Source: Pristiophorus japonicus (taxonomy: Eukaryota). From it: a stretch of DNA of 64,000 bases. Under the pieces are notes generated by a model. It was not told the origin of the DNA. It made no database searches and was given only the letters and a program-made list of their open reading frames with translations. The position numbers were made by a program, and so were the translations under genes. Within the stretch, counting starts at the first letter, position 1. Each line of letters starts with the position of its first letter. Positions 51,391 to 64,000 of this stretch are shown piece after piece. The stretch covers positions 68,758,001-68,822,000 of the forward strand of contig NC_091987.1 of assembly GCF_044704955.1 (NCBI RefSeq), in the 5' to 3' direction.

Positions 51391-53689
51391 TACAAACATA
51401 CAAAAATGACAGAAAGAAAAAATAGTTGGTCCATCAAACCTGTCTGATATAGTTGTGATGTGCATCACGATACAGACACTTACTATCAACTTAGAGCCAG
51501 GTAATCTCCTCGGAGGGATGAAAAGCCAGCTAAAAACCTAGGCCAATTCAGGAAGAATCTGGAAAATTCCTCTCTAGCCCCTTTAGGCGATCAAAACCAG
51601 TCCAGGAGATTACATTGACCCTGATTTATATCACAGGGTAGCTACCTCTTTTATAAAGTGATCTCCACCTTAGCTAGAAGCAGGTCCAGCTCTCACTTGA
51701 AGGTATACAGGGAATCAGCATTCACTGCACAATCTAGACCTTTCATTATTTTATAAATCTCAATCAAATTGCCCAAGTTGACGCTTCGCTAAAGTATATA
51801 GTCCCAGTTCTTTGAGATTATCTGGGTAGCGAAGGTGTTTTAAACTGAGAATCAAATCAATTGGCCTAAGCCAGAACAACAGTTATGTGCTATAAATTCA
51901 GCACTCCTGGGCTGGGGAAGGGGAAAATGAGCTGGAGTTCCTATTCCTGACTGATGTCTAATGACCCCTGCTGCAAGTGTGGATGTCAGGTGAGGACATG
52001 ATCAGGCTCACCTGTGACACCTCCACTGGTGACTAGGCTTACACAGGAGGAATGCTCACTTGGGCAAGATACTGGCAGGCAAGATACTGATGCCCACAAA
52101 ACAGTGTCCAAGAACAAGCCAATCAATATCCTCAGGAATCTAGGGTAGAAAATGACTGCAGGAATGAGGGAATTTGGTCATCCTTCTATGCTACTTTGCC
52201 GCCTTATTTCAGAGATTTTGTCTCAATAGGTGAAGCCAATGACCCAATGTCTGAAAACTGGCTGACCCAAGAGTTACTGTGCCTTACCTGAACTATCATA
52301 TACAGTTCAAATGACAACATTCTTGAAGTGTCTTGAATTGAACACCTTATTTCAACATACATTAATTCAACTGTAAGGCTCAGTGATTCCTCCCAGACAA
52401 ATCCCCCAATAATACTATATCAGCATCAATTAGAATTTAAACAAACATATTCAAATAAGGTAAACTGAACCAACAAGAAAAAACCCTTTCAATTATTTTG
52501 CTTGAAATAGGTATGGAAAATTGTTAGGCATTATCCATAATTATAATTATCACAAGGATACAAATAGCAAGGTCTTGGATAGGGGTAATGCTTCCTTTGC
52601 ATGTTTAAAAAATGAATGTATAAAAATAATTACTTTTCCCAACTTGTTAAACTGTAAAGGGTAAACAGAAGACTATCTTTTAACACACGTTAAAGCTAAC
52701 AATTAGGAGGCCCTCTTAAAGTAAGTGTAGGGGGAATACTTTCAATACATAAAATGTAAAATATTGTTGGAAAATATCCTACAATTTTTAAGAGACATTA
52801 AGGCCCTTTACTTTTCATGTTGCTGTTGATGGCAGTCCTAATTTCTGCTGCAAAGCTGTAATATAAATAAGTGGTTTTATATGCCATTTTTTCCAGCCAC
52901 AAGTGCATTCAGTCCACCCGTATAGACCAGTGATACGGGTTTTACATTGTCAGTGTGTTTCTGCATTCAGTTATTTGACTGTTGCTGCTAGTGCTATGGT
53001 AATAGCCCACAATGTAAATGGCATGGATTCCACAGCACACGGTGCTCCAGCACATTACAGAACCACATCTACTTAAACCAAGTTTGAATTCTAAAGAGGT
53101 CATCAGTGTTGCAATATAATTAGTTCCATTGATATTTCCTTTCCTGGTAACCAATTAACAAATCTAAGGCTGTACTCATCTAGCACTGCTGAACCAGAGG
53201 CCTTCTGAGCAATGTCCAGGACAGGAGCTCAAGCTGATCTCCATGGTTCCTTTCCTATGGAGCTGTCATTATCTGGATAGCTCCTTGACGAAAGTAGACA
53301 CTCTTCAGAATATTCTTCAGTTTCTCGACCTTTAGATTGTATCAGCATCTAATGTCACTCTTGTCCAGCCCATTATGACATCTAGCCATGTTCTTTGCCT
53401 CTCACATGATCTATTACCTGCAACTTTTTCAAACAGTAACCTGTACATCATTTTCTCATCACCTCAAAATGAGGAGTTTTTTTTGAGACCATCTCATTTC
53501 TTACTCTTATTGTTCAACTTGTTTTCGACAAGCGTCAATAGCGTGCACACAGACACTGATAGAAATAATTTTTCTCTGAGTGGCCAGTAGTGTATTTCCA
53601 ACTATTTCTGCTTTTATTGCACTAAATGTTCACATTTGATGCATATAAATTTAAAGGCTCAAGCTATTTTCCCATGTGTTTACATAATT

Positions 53690-55423
53690 ATAAGAACACA
53701 AGAGATAAGAAATAGGAGCAGGACTCAGCCATTTGGCCCCTCGAGCCTGTTCCGCCATTCAATAAGATCATGGCTGATCTGATCATGGACTCAGCTCCAC
53801 TTCCCTGCCTGCTCCCCATAACCCTTTACTCACTTATCGCTCAAAAATCTGTCTATCTCCACCTTAAATATATTCAATGACCCAGCCACCACAGCTCTCT
53901 GGGGCAGAGAATTCCATAGATTTATAATCCTCAGAGATGAAATTTCTCATCTCAGTTTTAAATGGCTGGCCCCTTATTCTAAGACTATGCCCTCTAGTTT
54001 TAGTTTGCACTATGAGTGGAAATATCCTCTCTGCATCCACCTTGTTGAGCCCCTCATTATCTTATAAGGTTCAATAAGATCACCTCTCATTCTTCTGAAC
54101 TCCAATGTGTATAGGGTCAACCTAGTGAAACTTCTCTGAATAGCCTCCACTGCAAGTATATCCTGCCTTAAATACGGAGACCAAAACTGTACGCAGTACT
54201 CCAGGTGTGGCCTCACCAATATCCTGTACAGTTGTAGCAGGACTTCTCTGCTTCTATACTCTATCTCCATTGCAATAAAGGCCAACATTCCATTTGCCTT
54301 CCTCATTACTAACTTTTTGTGTTTCATGCACAAGGGTCCCCAGGTCTCTCTGTACTGCAACACTTTGCAATTTTTCTCCATTTAAATTATAATTTGCTTT
54401 TCTATTATTTCTGCCAAAGTGGATAACCTCACATTTTCCCACATTATACTCCATCTGCCAAATTTTTGCCCACACACTTAGCCTGTCTATATCCCTTTGC
54501 ATATTCTCTGTATCCTTACAATTTGCTTTCCCATCCATCTTTGTATCATCAGCAAACTTGGCTACATTACACTCGATCCCTTCATCCAAGTCATTAATAT
54601 AGATTGTAAATAGTTGAGGACCCAGCATCGATCCCTGCGGCACCCCACTAGTCACTGTTTGCCAACCAGAAAATTACCCATTTATCCCGACTATCTGTTT
54701 TCTGTTAGTAAGCCAATCCTCTATCCATGTATCTATTATATATTACCCCCAATCCTGTGAGCTTTTATCTTGTGCAGTAACATCTTATATGGCACCTTAT
54801 TGAATGCCTTCTGGAAATTCAAATACACCACATCCACTGGTCCCCCCTTATCCACCCTGCTCATTACATCCTCAAAGAACTCCAGTAAATTTGTCAAACA
54901 TGATTTCCCTTTCATAAAACCATGATGACTCTGCTTGATTGGATCAAGCTTTTCCAAATGTCCCGCTACTGCTTCCTTAATAATAGACTCCAGCATTTTC
55001 CCAACCACAAATGTTAGGCTAACTGGTCTATAGTTTCATGCTTTTTGTCTGCCTCCTTTTTTAAATAGGGGCATTTTATTTGCGGTTTTCCAATCCGCTG
55101 GAACCGCCCCAGAATCCAGGGAATTTTGGTAGATTACAACCAATGCATCCACTATCTCTTCTGCCACTTCTGTTAAGACCTTATGATGTAAGCCATCAGG
55201 TCCAGGGGACTTGTCTGCCTTTAATCCCATTATTTTACCTAATACTACATCATTCGTGATAGTGATAGTATATCAGTATATGGTATATAAGTTCCACCCT
55301 CCCTATAGCCCCTTGATTATCCACTATTGGGATGTTTTTAGTGTCTTCTACCATGAAGACCGATATAAAATATTTGTGCAACGTCGCTGCCATTTCCCTG
55401 TTCTCCATTATTCATTCCCCAGT
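53690..55423 (-). mobile_element. 5'-truncated CR1 LINE
   Basis: [29 protein letters not shown]. Confidence 0.95.
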
Positions 55424-55571
55424 TTTGTTAACATTGTCAAGTTAATACATTTGAATAGATTATCTGATGAATAAATCTGTTGGGGAGTTTTGAAACTATG
55501 CTTCTATGATATTAAAATTCCTTGGCTGTCAAGTTTCCTTTAAATAAAATTAAAAACATGTGTATCTACAG

Positions 55572-55982
55572 AAAACAATTTACAAACCGTCAAAACTGAG
55601 AAGAGTATTGCAGTGCCAGAGGACAGCCAGATTCAGCTGGATTGCAAGATCAGCAACCGAACCAACCTGGATTCCCAACTCTCTGTGGCCTGGTATGCCC
55701 GGAGAATACTGGAGACAGACAGACATCCCATTCTCAGCCTGAACCGGAATTCTGTTTTTGAGTACGGCAGCTCAGTGGATAACAGTGTGAGCCTGAGGGA
55801 TAGGCTACGGTTTGAAAAATCTACCAATGAACATTATAGTTTGATACTACAGAAAGCAACTACATCTGACACTGGCAGTTACTACTGTAGTGTAGAAGAG
55901 TGGTTACTTGGCCCCAATAATGTATGGTATAAACTGGGAGAGGATCAGTCTGGACTGACTACTGTCACTGTACAACAACCAG
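55572..55982 (+). CDS. IGSF3: IGSF3-like exon, Ig domain 7
   Basis: Acceptor gtgtatctacag, donor CAG|gtatgg, 411 nt. Encodes ENNLQTV..QLDCKISNRT..SVAWY..SDTGSYYCSVEEWL. Confidence 0.9.
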
Positions 55983-58194
55983 GTATGGTATACCTATTAA
56001 TTTCGGTTCAGCAAAACAGCTTTAATGAAGGGTGGTTTATTCTTCTGATTGGCATCAGACCACATTACATCAGGTCACCTTTTGGGAACTTTTAACATAT
56101 GGCTGAATGATGTTTTAAAAACTAGATTATACCAAAAATAGCTGAAGTCTGGTTTCTAAAATGTAAAGCCTCCCAGATGATTGATGTGTACTGAATCAGC
56201 CTCAGTTTTAAATTGCAATGTTGTTTATGTCATAAATTTATCCCAGAAGTCTTGCCTGTTTAGGCACCAAATCCATAGCATAACACTTCAAGTACTATAA
56301 CTGTCATGTTTAATTGCAGCAGTAGTTCTCATCTAAACAGTGCCGTATTGCCTCCAATACGGACGCTAGAGCCAAAACACAGTGCACATCCACAGTACGT
56401 ACCACAATGTGCATTGTGCAAATGTCTTGCTGACCATGTGAAACCCGCCCCATTCTGTGTCTGCAAATGAGGTCATATGTGACTAGTAAGTAGATTTAAA
56501 TATGTGCAGCTGGGTAAAATGGGGTGAGTGCTATGACTTCCTGAAAATCTTGAGAGCACCATTATTGTGTGCTCCACGTTTCAAAGGAGTTCAGTGTTAC
56601 TGTTATGGGTTAGCACAATCCTGTCACTTGGATGATGCATCATTGTTAAATTCAATTTTACCAATAACAAGGTCACAAGATTGACCAATGAAATTCAATG
56701 CTGTCTACTTTACCCAGGCAGTGGGCTTGTGAAAACATTTCCATCTGTTTCAACCCCTGTTCTGCCCATTATTTTGACACAATTCCCATTACTTCTATCT
56801 TAATTGGTGTTCTATGTTAAACAAAAGAAAATTTAAAACAAATAAATTCACATGCAAAGTACTTTGTAAAGTTTAACAAATTCTGTAAGCTATTACTGAC
56901 TAGTAACTGAGAAAGTTAACGCTGTTTATAGCATTGCCATGTCCAGCCATATACTATACCTTCCCAGCCTGGAAGCAATGGTGCATATCCCATAGCTGCA
57001 TATATGCTTAAATGGAATGGGCCAAAAAGAGCACATATAACGGCTGCAGGGCTGCCCTTGACTAGCCAGAAGTATAACCAAGCAGCTGTACTCAATTATC
57101 TTAGATTAAAATTGTGACATTGGCTACATGCGAGTCATTTTGCAAGACACAGATGTTATTAAATGGACAAAAATGAAAAATAACCGAGCAAACCTAATGA
57201 CATGGTTGTAGACTGCCAGATGCAATCTCTTTAAATCTCATTAGCACTGTTGGTGATAATATTGACTTAAACACAGTGTGACTTCTTTAAAAAAATAATT
57301 TGAATTGAAATACCACCTGGACATTTATCTCTGCCTCATTTAGTCATGATTAAGCTGGTGTACATGACTGGTGGCTACAGGCAGAAAAGGTGTGAGACGT
57401 GATCAGATGGGATGGTGAGAGAACTAGATACAGTTTACTAGAGTATGCTGAGGAGGTTGTCCTCAAGGAAATGGCAAAAAAATAATATATTGCTGCATCA
57501 TAAGGAATAATCTAGCAAAGTTTGAATATCTGAGATCTGCTATACCATACAAAGGTGCATTATAGCTGCAGGGAAGCCATGAAATAGGCCATTATGGATT
57601 GGGATGTTCCAGAATGAGCTCCATATGACAGCCCACATTGTATTGGGATTAAGTGTAGGCCGCTAGCTATGGCACTGATGATGCAGTTTTGGTGTAGTGT
57701 AATCTTACTGTTGGTGCTAAACTAAAATGTTCTGTAATCTATACTGCATGTCTCTAGCCAGCAGACAATGCCACTGCACTATGGTATCTACGTGGCTGCA
57801 TTAAATGACTCAAAGTTTGCAGCAGAATAAAGTTTACGGACCTTTGATGAAATCAAGGTTTGTGCAGTCATTTGTGTAAGTACTGCAGTTCATACATAGC
57901 CAAGCACGAGTTAACACCTTTGGTAGAGGAGAAGAAAAAATGGAAAAAGGAAACTAGTGGAGGACCTACTTTATACTGGTGCTATGTAGAAGATTGTGAC
58001 AGTTGCTCTGGTATAATAGTGTTTGCGATGTATGAACTTCTGCTTTACGTTGACTTGCATCTTTTTTCTGCCTGTTATTTGCCTTCCAATTTTTTAGGCT
58101 TGCATTTGCTAAAAGTGCTCACTCATGTAGCCCTTCAGCAACTCAACCAGATTGTTATTTATTTTAATTTGGACAGTAAACTGTTTGAACATGA

Positions 58195-58254
58195 GGGGGA
58201 CCAAAACTGCCCCCTCCCTTAAGGACCACCGGAAATCGGCGGCCACGCTGCGGA
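58195..58254. mobile_element. Terminal fragment of the GC-rich MITE family
   Basis: ccggaaatcggcggccacgctgcggag is the reverse complement of ~4533-4559. Confidence 0.65.
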
Positions 58255-58963
58255 GGTGTCATGGTTGATCAGTCATTGAAAGTTGGTATGCGGGTACAGC
58301 AGGCGAGGAAGGCAAATGGCATGTTGGCCTTCATAGCTAGCGGATTTGAGTATAGGAGCAGGGAGTTCTTACTGCAGTTGTACAGGGCCTTGGTGAGGCC
58401 TCACCTGGAATATTATGTTCATTTCTGGTCTCCTAATCTGAGGAAGGACGTTCTTGCTATTGAGGGAGTGCAGCGAAGGTTCACCAGACTGATTCCCAGG
58501 ATGGCAGGACTGACATATGAGGAGAGACTGGATCAACTGGGCCTTTATACGCTGGAGTTTAGAAGGATGAGAGGGGATCTCATAGAAACATATAAGATTC
58601 TGACGGGATTGGACAGGTTAGATGCGGGTAGAATGTTCCAGATGTTGGGGAAGTCCAGAACCAGGGGACACAGTCTAAGGATAAGGGGTAGGCCATTTAG
58701 GACTGAGATGAGGAGAAACTTCTTCACTCAGAGAGTTGTTAACCTGTGGAATTCCCTGCTGCAGAGAGTTGTTGATGCCAGTTCATTGGATATATTCAAG
58801 AGGGAGTTAGATATGGCCCTTACGACTAAGCGGATCAAGGGGTATGGAGAGAAAGCAGGAAAGGGATACTGAGGGAATGATCAGCCATGATCTTATTGAA
58901 TGGTCGTGCAGGCTCGAAGGGCCGAATGGCCTACTCCTGCACCTATTTTCTATGTTTCTATGT
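58255..58963 (+). mobile_element. CR1 LINE 3' fragment
   Basis: 203-aa ORF at 58261-58872; ctatgtttctatg tail. Confidence 0.95.
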
Positions 58964-59200
58964 CAGCAAGCACAGGGATGATGGGTGAGCGGGACTTGGT
59001 GCGAGTTTGGACAGGGGCAGTCGAGTTTTCGATGACTTCAAATTTACATGAGGTATAACATAGGAGGCCAGCCAGAGGTGCATTGGAATAGTCAAGTCTA
59101 GAGGTAACAAAGGCATGAATGTGCTTTTCAGCAGCGGATGAGCTGAGGCAGGGGCGGAGACGGGCGATGTTATGGAGGTGGAAATAGGTGGAGGTGAAAA
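58964..59200 (-). mobile_element. L2 LINE fragment
   Basis: FHLHNIARLRPCL..IHAFVTSRLDYSNA.LAGL. Confidence 0.85.
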
Positions 59201-59592
59201 TTACGCATAGGATCCGCAGCAACAGTCTGCTTAAGGTGAGGCCCTTCCTGCATCACTCAATCTTTCCTCCCGGTGGGTTGATTTTGACCAGAGATGTCTG
59301 AAGATGGGCTTGTTCCATCCCTTGGCTGAGAGAAAGTAACGTGAGTAACTTCACCGATCCTGCACTCCCAGTGGGAAGCCATGCTCAGGAGGAGGTGTGA
59401 TTCAGAAATAGGACTACAACACTGCAGCTCTGATTCTCCGGCCCGCACTTCCTTCGAATGTAACTCCCTGTTGGAAGCATCAGATTGATGAATTTACTCG
59501 ACAGAAAGAAAAATGGGGGAGCTGACTTTCTCGCATTTTCAAAAATTAAACATTAAACTATGTTATCTCTTTGTTTTCAATTTCACAAACAG

Positions 59593-60015
59593 AATTTAAA
59601 ATGCAAGTGGATAAAACGGAATTGAATATTAGCATACCAGAGAAGAGCCTGTTTCAGCTCAGCTGCAATGTAACCCACCAAACACAAGCTAATTCACAGT
59701 TTGCCGTATCCTGGTTCGCATGGAAAGTCAAAGAGGGTGCTGACAGAATCATGAAGGAGACCATTTTAAAAGTTGATCACAATTCAGTGTTTGGGTTCGA
59801 TGTTTCACTGGATGGAGCTGAGGGGATGAAGGACAGACTGAAGTTAGAGAGACCCTCCCATGGATTGTACAGCTTGACGGTGCAGAATTCGGCCAGCAGT
59901 GACACTGGGAATTACTACTGTCACGTGGAGGAATGGATTCAAAATGCCAACAATATTTGGTATAAACTCGGAGAGGATGAGTCTGGGCTGGTCATGGTCA
60001 CTGTACAAAACAAAG
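59593..60015 (+). CDS. IGSF3: IGSF3-like exon, Ig domain 8
   Basis: Acceptor tttcacaaacag, donor AAG|gtaact, 423 nt. Encodes EFKMQVD..FQLSC..FAVSW..SDTGNYYCHVEEWI. Confidence 0.9.
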
Positions 60016-60299
60016 GTAACTTACTCGGAGACAAAAAGCTGATCTTGATTGAATCATATGTGGTCAGTTACTTTCAGTGAACTCCCAGTGCTTAGTGCAT
60101 GGTGCACTGGGAGCACTTAATGAAGGCGGACAGATTTTGTGATGCAACCTGACGGCCCTGAAAGGGTTAATGGGGAAAAATAAAGGGTTGCAGACACTTA
60201 AAAGGTCACTGAGCACCTGTTTGATCCCTGTGTGAGCAGTACATTCGCTGATATTGTGGTGCTAGCTGGAAATGAGCCACAAGCATAACAGCAATCCTT

Positions 60300-60410
60300 T
60301 AGAGCGGCACTGGAGTGTCAGCCTACATTATGTGTTGAAGTCTCTGGAGTGGGACTTGAACCCACAACCTTGGCTCAGAGGTAAGAGTACTACCACTGAG
60401 CCAAAGCTAA
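60300..60410 (-). mobile_element. DeuSINE 5' fragment
   Basis: ggagtgggacttgaacccacaacc..ccactgagcca. Confidence 0.7.
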
Positions 60411-60851
60411 CATTTTGACATCAGTTCTAAATATGTCTTTTATTCATTTGAACTTGTGCCCCCTTGCCTTACTATCATGGCCTAGTCTGAAGTCATATAT
60501 TGGGTTTACCTTTACTAATCTGTTCACTATCTTACATACCTATGAGATATAATAAATTCAAAAAAGTGCCTACTTTTTTTTTCTTGGTGTTAAAAAGTAA
60601 TTTTTAAAGTATATTAAATTTATATTGCATCTACAGTGGTGACTGACATTGGATGGGTCCTGCAGCATTCGTATTCCTTTAAACACTGTGGAAGTCCATG
60701 GGATTTTATTGTTAAAAATCCACAAAGTATCACAAAGATTGTGTGCAGGAGTTATATTGTAACATACTCGAAACACTACCAGAAAGAATAGGCGCATAGG
60801 AGTTTTATTAGAACTATCCAACATATCGGGTATTACCAGCAATGATTTTAA

Positions 60852-61705
60852 ATCATAGGCAGTCCCTTAGAATCGAGGAAGACTTGCTTCCACTCTTAGC
60901 ATGAGTTCTTAGGTGGCTGTACAGTCCAATACGAGAACCACAGTCTCTTGTCACAGGTGGGACAGATAGTCGTTGAGGGAAAGGGTGGACAGGGAGCCTG
61001 ATTTGCCGCACGCTCCTTCTGCTGCCTGCGCTTGATTTCTGCATGCTCTCGGCGACAATACTCGAGGAGCTCAGCGCCCTCCCGGATGCACTTCCTCCAC
61101 TTAGGGCGGTCTATGGCCAGGGACTCCCAGGTGTCAGTGGGGATGTTGCACTTTATCAGGGAGGTTTTGAGGGTGTCCTTATAACGTTTCCTCTGCTCGC
61201 CTTTGGCTCATTTGCCGTGGACGCTTGCTTTGGGAGTCTCGTGTCTGGCATGCGCACTATGTGGCCTGCCCAACGGAGCTGATCAAGCGTGGTCAGTGCT
61301 TCAATGCTGGGGATGTTGGCCTGGACGAGGACGCGAATGTTTGTGCGTCTGTCCTCCCAGGGGATTGGCAGGATCTTGCGGAGACATCGCTGGTGGTATT
61401 TCTCCAGCGACTTTAGGTGTCTACTGTACATGCTCCACGTTTCTGAGCCATACAGGAGGGCGGGTCTTTCTACAGCCCTGTCGACCATGAGCTTGTGACA
61501 GTTTGAGGGCCTGGTCTTCAAACACTCTTTTCCTCAGGCGGCCGAAGGCTGCACTGGAGGTGGTGTTGGATCTCGTCGTCAATGCCTGCTCTTGTTGATA
61601 GGAGGCTCCCAAAATAGGGGAAGTGGTCCACGTTGTCCAGGGCCACCCGTGGATCTTGATGTCTGGGGGGCAGTGCTGTGTGGCGAGGACAGGCTGGTGG
61701 AGGAA
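60852..61705 (-). mobile_element. RTE LINE 3' portion
   Basis: LLYGSETW..HQRCLRKIL.IPWEDR..QLRWAGHIVRMPDTRLPKQ; tail atcataggcagtccct. Confidence 0.9.
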
Positions 61706-61977
61706 CACTTTGAAGCTTTTAGATACAGTGTAGATCTGCCACAACAGTTTGCGTTGTACAGTAGTGTTTATATATCATGCATTCTGTGAGCTGATGCTAT
61801 TATCTTATTTCTCTTTGCATCAGGTTGGATAAGGAGGCAGTGAAAGGGTGGGCTGGGATGCTGTGAGGTTGAGGTCAGACTGATTCCACTTGTGGAATGT
61901 TTAATGTTCCCTGAATATTTGGGATGAGAGAAGACATTGTGGCTGGTGTCCATGTTTGAGGGCTCTAGTATGCACAT

Positions 61978-62120
61978 CAATGTTCTCTTTAAGCTGCGCA
62001 GCCACGCAGCGCTCCAGGAAACCCGTGCAACTCGTTTGCCGGCTTTTCAATGCAACAACCAAGCATGCACGATATTTTGAAGGGGCCGCGTGGTGCCAAA
62101 AATAATGACAGGGAACATTG
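61978..62120. mobile_element. Small MITE
   Basis: TIRs caatgttctct / agggaacattg; no clear TSD. Confidence 0.5.
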
Positions 62121-62370
62121 ACGCTGACATCCTGAGAAGCTTGGGGAATCACTGGAAAAGATGTCCTATGGTCTTTCCATGTTTGTGTTCCTCTCACCTT
62201 TTTCTCTCTTTTTCTGTCTTTGTCACCCTCGGCATTTTTCTCTGCGTTTCTCACTTCTGCGCTCTGCTCCATCTCTGCTTTTGGCCGCTGGATGCTGATT
62301 TTGCTTCTCCATAGATGACCACTTTGGATTATTTCTCCACTATTGTCCAGCCAGGTGGACCTGACTTACA

Positions 62371-64000
62371 GGGGCCGAAATTGCCCTCTGCCCCAAACGG
62401 GGTGCACCTACCGTTTTGTTTGTGGATTCACCGCTCCAATCGATGGGGCGATATTTCACGTGGTTTTGCCCTTTTTCCCATCCGCCAGTGTGTGGGCGGT
62501 GGAGTGCGGCCATGTGGGGGTGGTGGAGTGTGGAGTGCGGCGTGTGGGGGCGGTGGAGTGCGGCGTGTGGGGGCGGTGGAGTGCGGCGTGTGGAGTGCGG
62601 CGTGTGGGGGCGGTGGAGTGCGGCGTGTGGAGTGCGGCGTGTGGGGGCGGTGGAGTGCGGCGTGTGGGGGCGGTGGAGTGCGGCGTGTGGAGTGCGGCGT
62701 GTGGGGGCGGTGGAGTGTGGCGTGTGGAGTGCGGCGTGTGGGTGCGGTGGAGTGTGGCGTGTGGGGGCGGTGGAGTGTGGCGTGTGGGGGCGGTGGAGTG
62801 TGGAGTGCGGCGTGTGGGGGCGGTGGAGTGTGGAGTGCGGCGTGTGGGGGCGGTGGAGTGTGGAGTGCGGCGTGTGGGGGCGGTGGAGTGCGGCGTGTGG
62901 GGGCGGTGGAGTGTGGCGTGTGGGGGCGGTGGAGTGTGGAGTGCGGCGTGTGGAGTGCGGCGTGTGGGGGCGGTGGAGTGCGGTGTGTGGAGTGCGGCGT
63001 GTGGGGGCGGTGGAGTGCGGCATGTGGGGGCGGTGGAGTGTGGAGTGCGGCGTGTGGAGTGCGGCGTGTGGGGGCGGTGGAGTGCGGTGTGTGGAGTGCG
63101 GCGTGTGGGGGCGGTGGAGTGCGGCATGTGGGGGCGGTGGAGTGCGGCGTGTGGGGGCGGTGGAGTGTGGAGTGCGGCGTGTGGGGGCGGTGGAGTGCGG
63201 CGTGTGGGGGCGGTGGAGTGCGGTGTGTGGAGTGCGGCGTGTGGGGGCGGTGGAGTGCGGCATGTGGGGGCGGTGGAGTGCGGCGTGTGGGGGCGGTGGA
63301 GTGCGGCATGTGGGGGCGGTGGAGTGTGGAGTGCGGCGTGTGGGGGCGGTGGAGTGCGGCATGTGGGGGCGGTGGAGTGCGGCGTGTGGGGGCGGTGGAG
63401 TGTGGAGTGCGGCGTGTGGGGGCGGTGGAGTGCGGCATGTGGGGGCGGTGGAGTGTGGAGTGCGGCGTGTGGGGGCGGTGGAGTGCGGCGTGTGGGGGCG
63501 GTGGAGTGCGGCGTGTGGGGGCGGTGGAGTGCGGCGTGTGGGGGCGGTGGAGTGTGGAGTGCGGCGTGTGGGGGCGGTGGAGTGCGGCATGTGGGGGCGG
63601 TGGAGTGTGGAGTGCGGCGTGTGGAGTGCGGCGTGTGGGGGCGGTGGAGTGCGGCGTGTGGGGGCGGTGGAGTGTGGAGTGCGGCGTGTGGAGTGCGGCG
63701 TGTGGGGGCGGTGGAGTGCGGCATGTGGGGGCGGTGGAGTGCGGCGTGTGGGGGCGGTGGAGTGCGGCGTGTGGGGGCGGTGGAGTGTGGAGTGCGGCGT
63801 GTGGAGTGCGGCGTGTGGGGGCGGTGGAGTGTGGAGTGCGGCGTGTGGGGGCGGTGGAGTGTGGCGTGTGGGGGCGGTGGAGTGCAGCTGAACCCATGGC
63901 TGCCATTGTCGGAGTTGGCCGACAATGAAAGTAAAATGGCGGCCGCGGCGGTGTGCCCTCCCATTTTATGGGCGGACGCGCCGCCTTGCCGCAAGAAACT
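62371..64000. mobile_element. GC-rich MITE copy containing a minisatellite; runs off the window edge
   Basis: Starts ggggccgaaattgccc..ggtgcaccta like 3805. Resumes ggccgacaa..aaaatggcggccgcggc like 4207-4240. Confidence 0.65.
62488..63885 (+). repeat. G-rich modular minisatellite, core 23-mer GTGGAGT-GCGGCGT-GTGGGGGCG
   Basis: About 1.4 kb of shuffled 7/7/9-nt modules. Confidence 0.95.

Larger units (their letters stand above)
12738..60015 (+). other. IGSF3: Partial IGSF3-like (EWI family) gene span: 7 exons, Ig V-set domains D2-D8; 5' exons and TM exon outside the window
   Basis: Seven GT-AG bounded exons, all phase 1/1, splice into one continuous ORF. Domain starts VIPD, DKTF, KSSL, ETGF follow the IGSF3 order as recalled (VIPD, DKEF, KSSI, EMGF). 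Confidence 0.85.

Noticed and set aside
53280-53620. Very old Penelope 3' remnant
   Set aside because: Only faint similarity to the PLE tail; too degraded to call.
62090-62314. Hydrophobic ORF (LCSSHLFLSFSVFVTLGIFL) as the IGSF3 TM exon
   Set aside because: No credible phase-1 acceptor, it starts in a MITE, it is CT-rich low complexity, and it lacks the expected FYPFP-like motif and basic stop-transfer residues.
62488-63885. CRISPR-like or telomeric array
   Set aside because: No unique spacers, no TTAGGG, and a eukaryotic intronic context.
62315-63994. Five 416-537 aa ORFs (Cys/Gly/Trp-rich or His/Pro-rich)
   Set aside because: The minisatellite modules lack stop codons on both strands, so overlapping open frames are an artefact.

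Overview
Vertebrate genomic DNA, most likely a shark/elasmobranch (inferred from the repeat families: DeuSINE/SacSINE1-like SINEs, CR1, L2, RTE, Neptune-type Penelope). The window holds the middle of a + strand EWI-family immunoglobulin gene, best matching IGSF3. Seven symmetric phase-1/1 exons each encode one V-set Ig domain (D2-D8, 12738-60015). The signal/D1 exons and the transmembrane exon lie outside the window. The introns (up to 27 kb) are dense with transposons: about ten CR1 LINE copies including one near full-length, a decayed two-gene Harbinger transposon whose spliced Myb/SANT gene is split by a solo LTR, and a four-layer nested Penelope/SINE/RTE/CR1 complex carrying hammerhead-ribozyme motifs. 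There are also several MITEs and a 1.4 kb G-rich minisatellite expanded inside a MITE. I see no clear new multi-gene system. The best leads are the homogenised D6-D8 exons, inverted CR1 pairs flanking frame-preserving exons, the hammerhead motifs and a non-autonomous RTE-tailed element. All homology calls are from recall of family motifs, not database searches.
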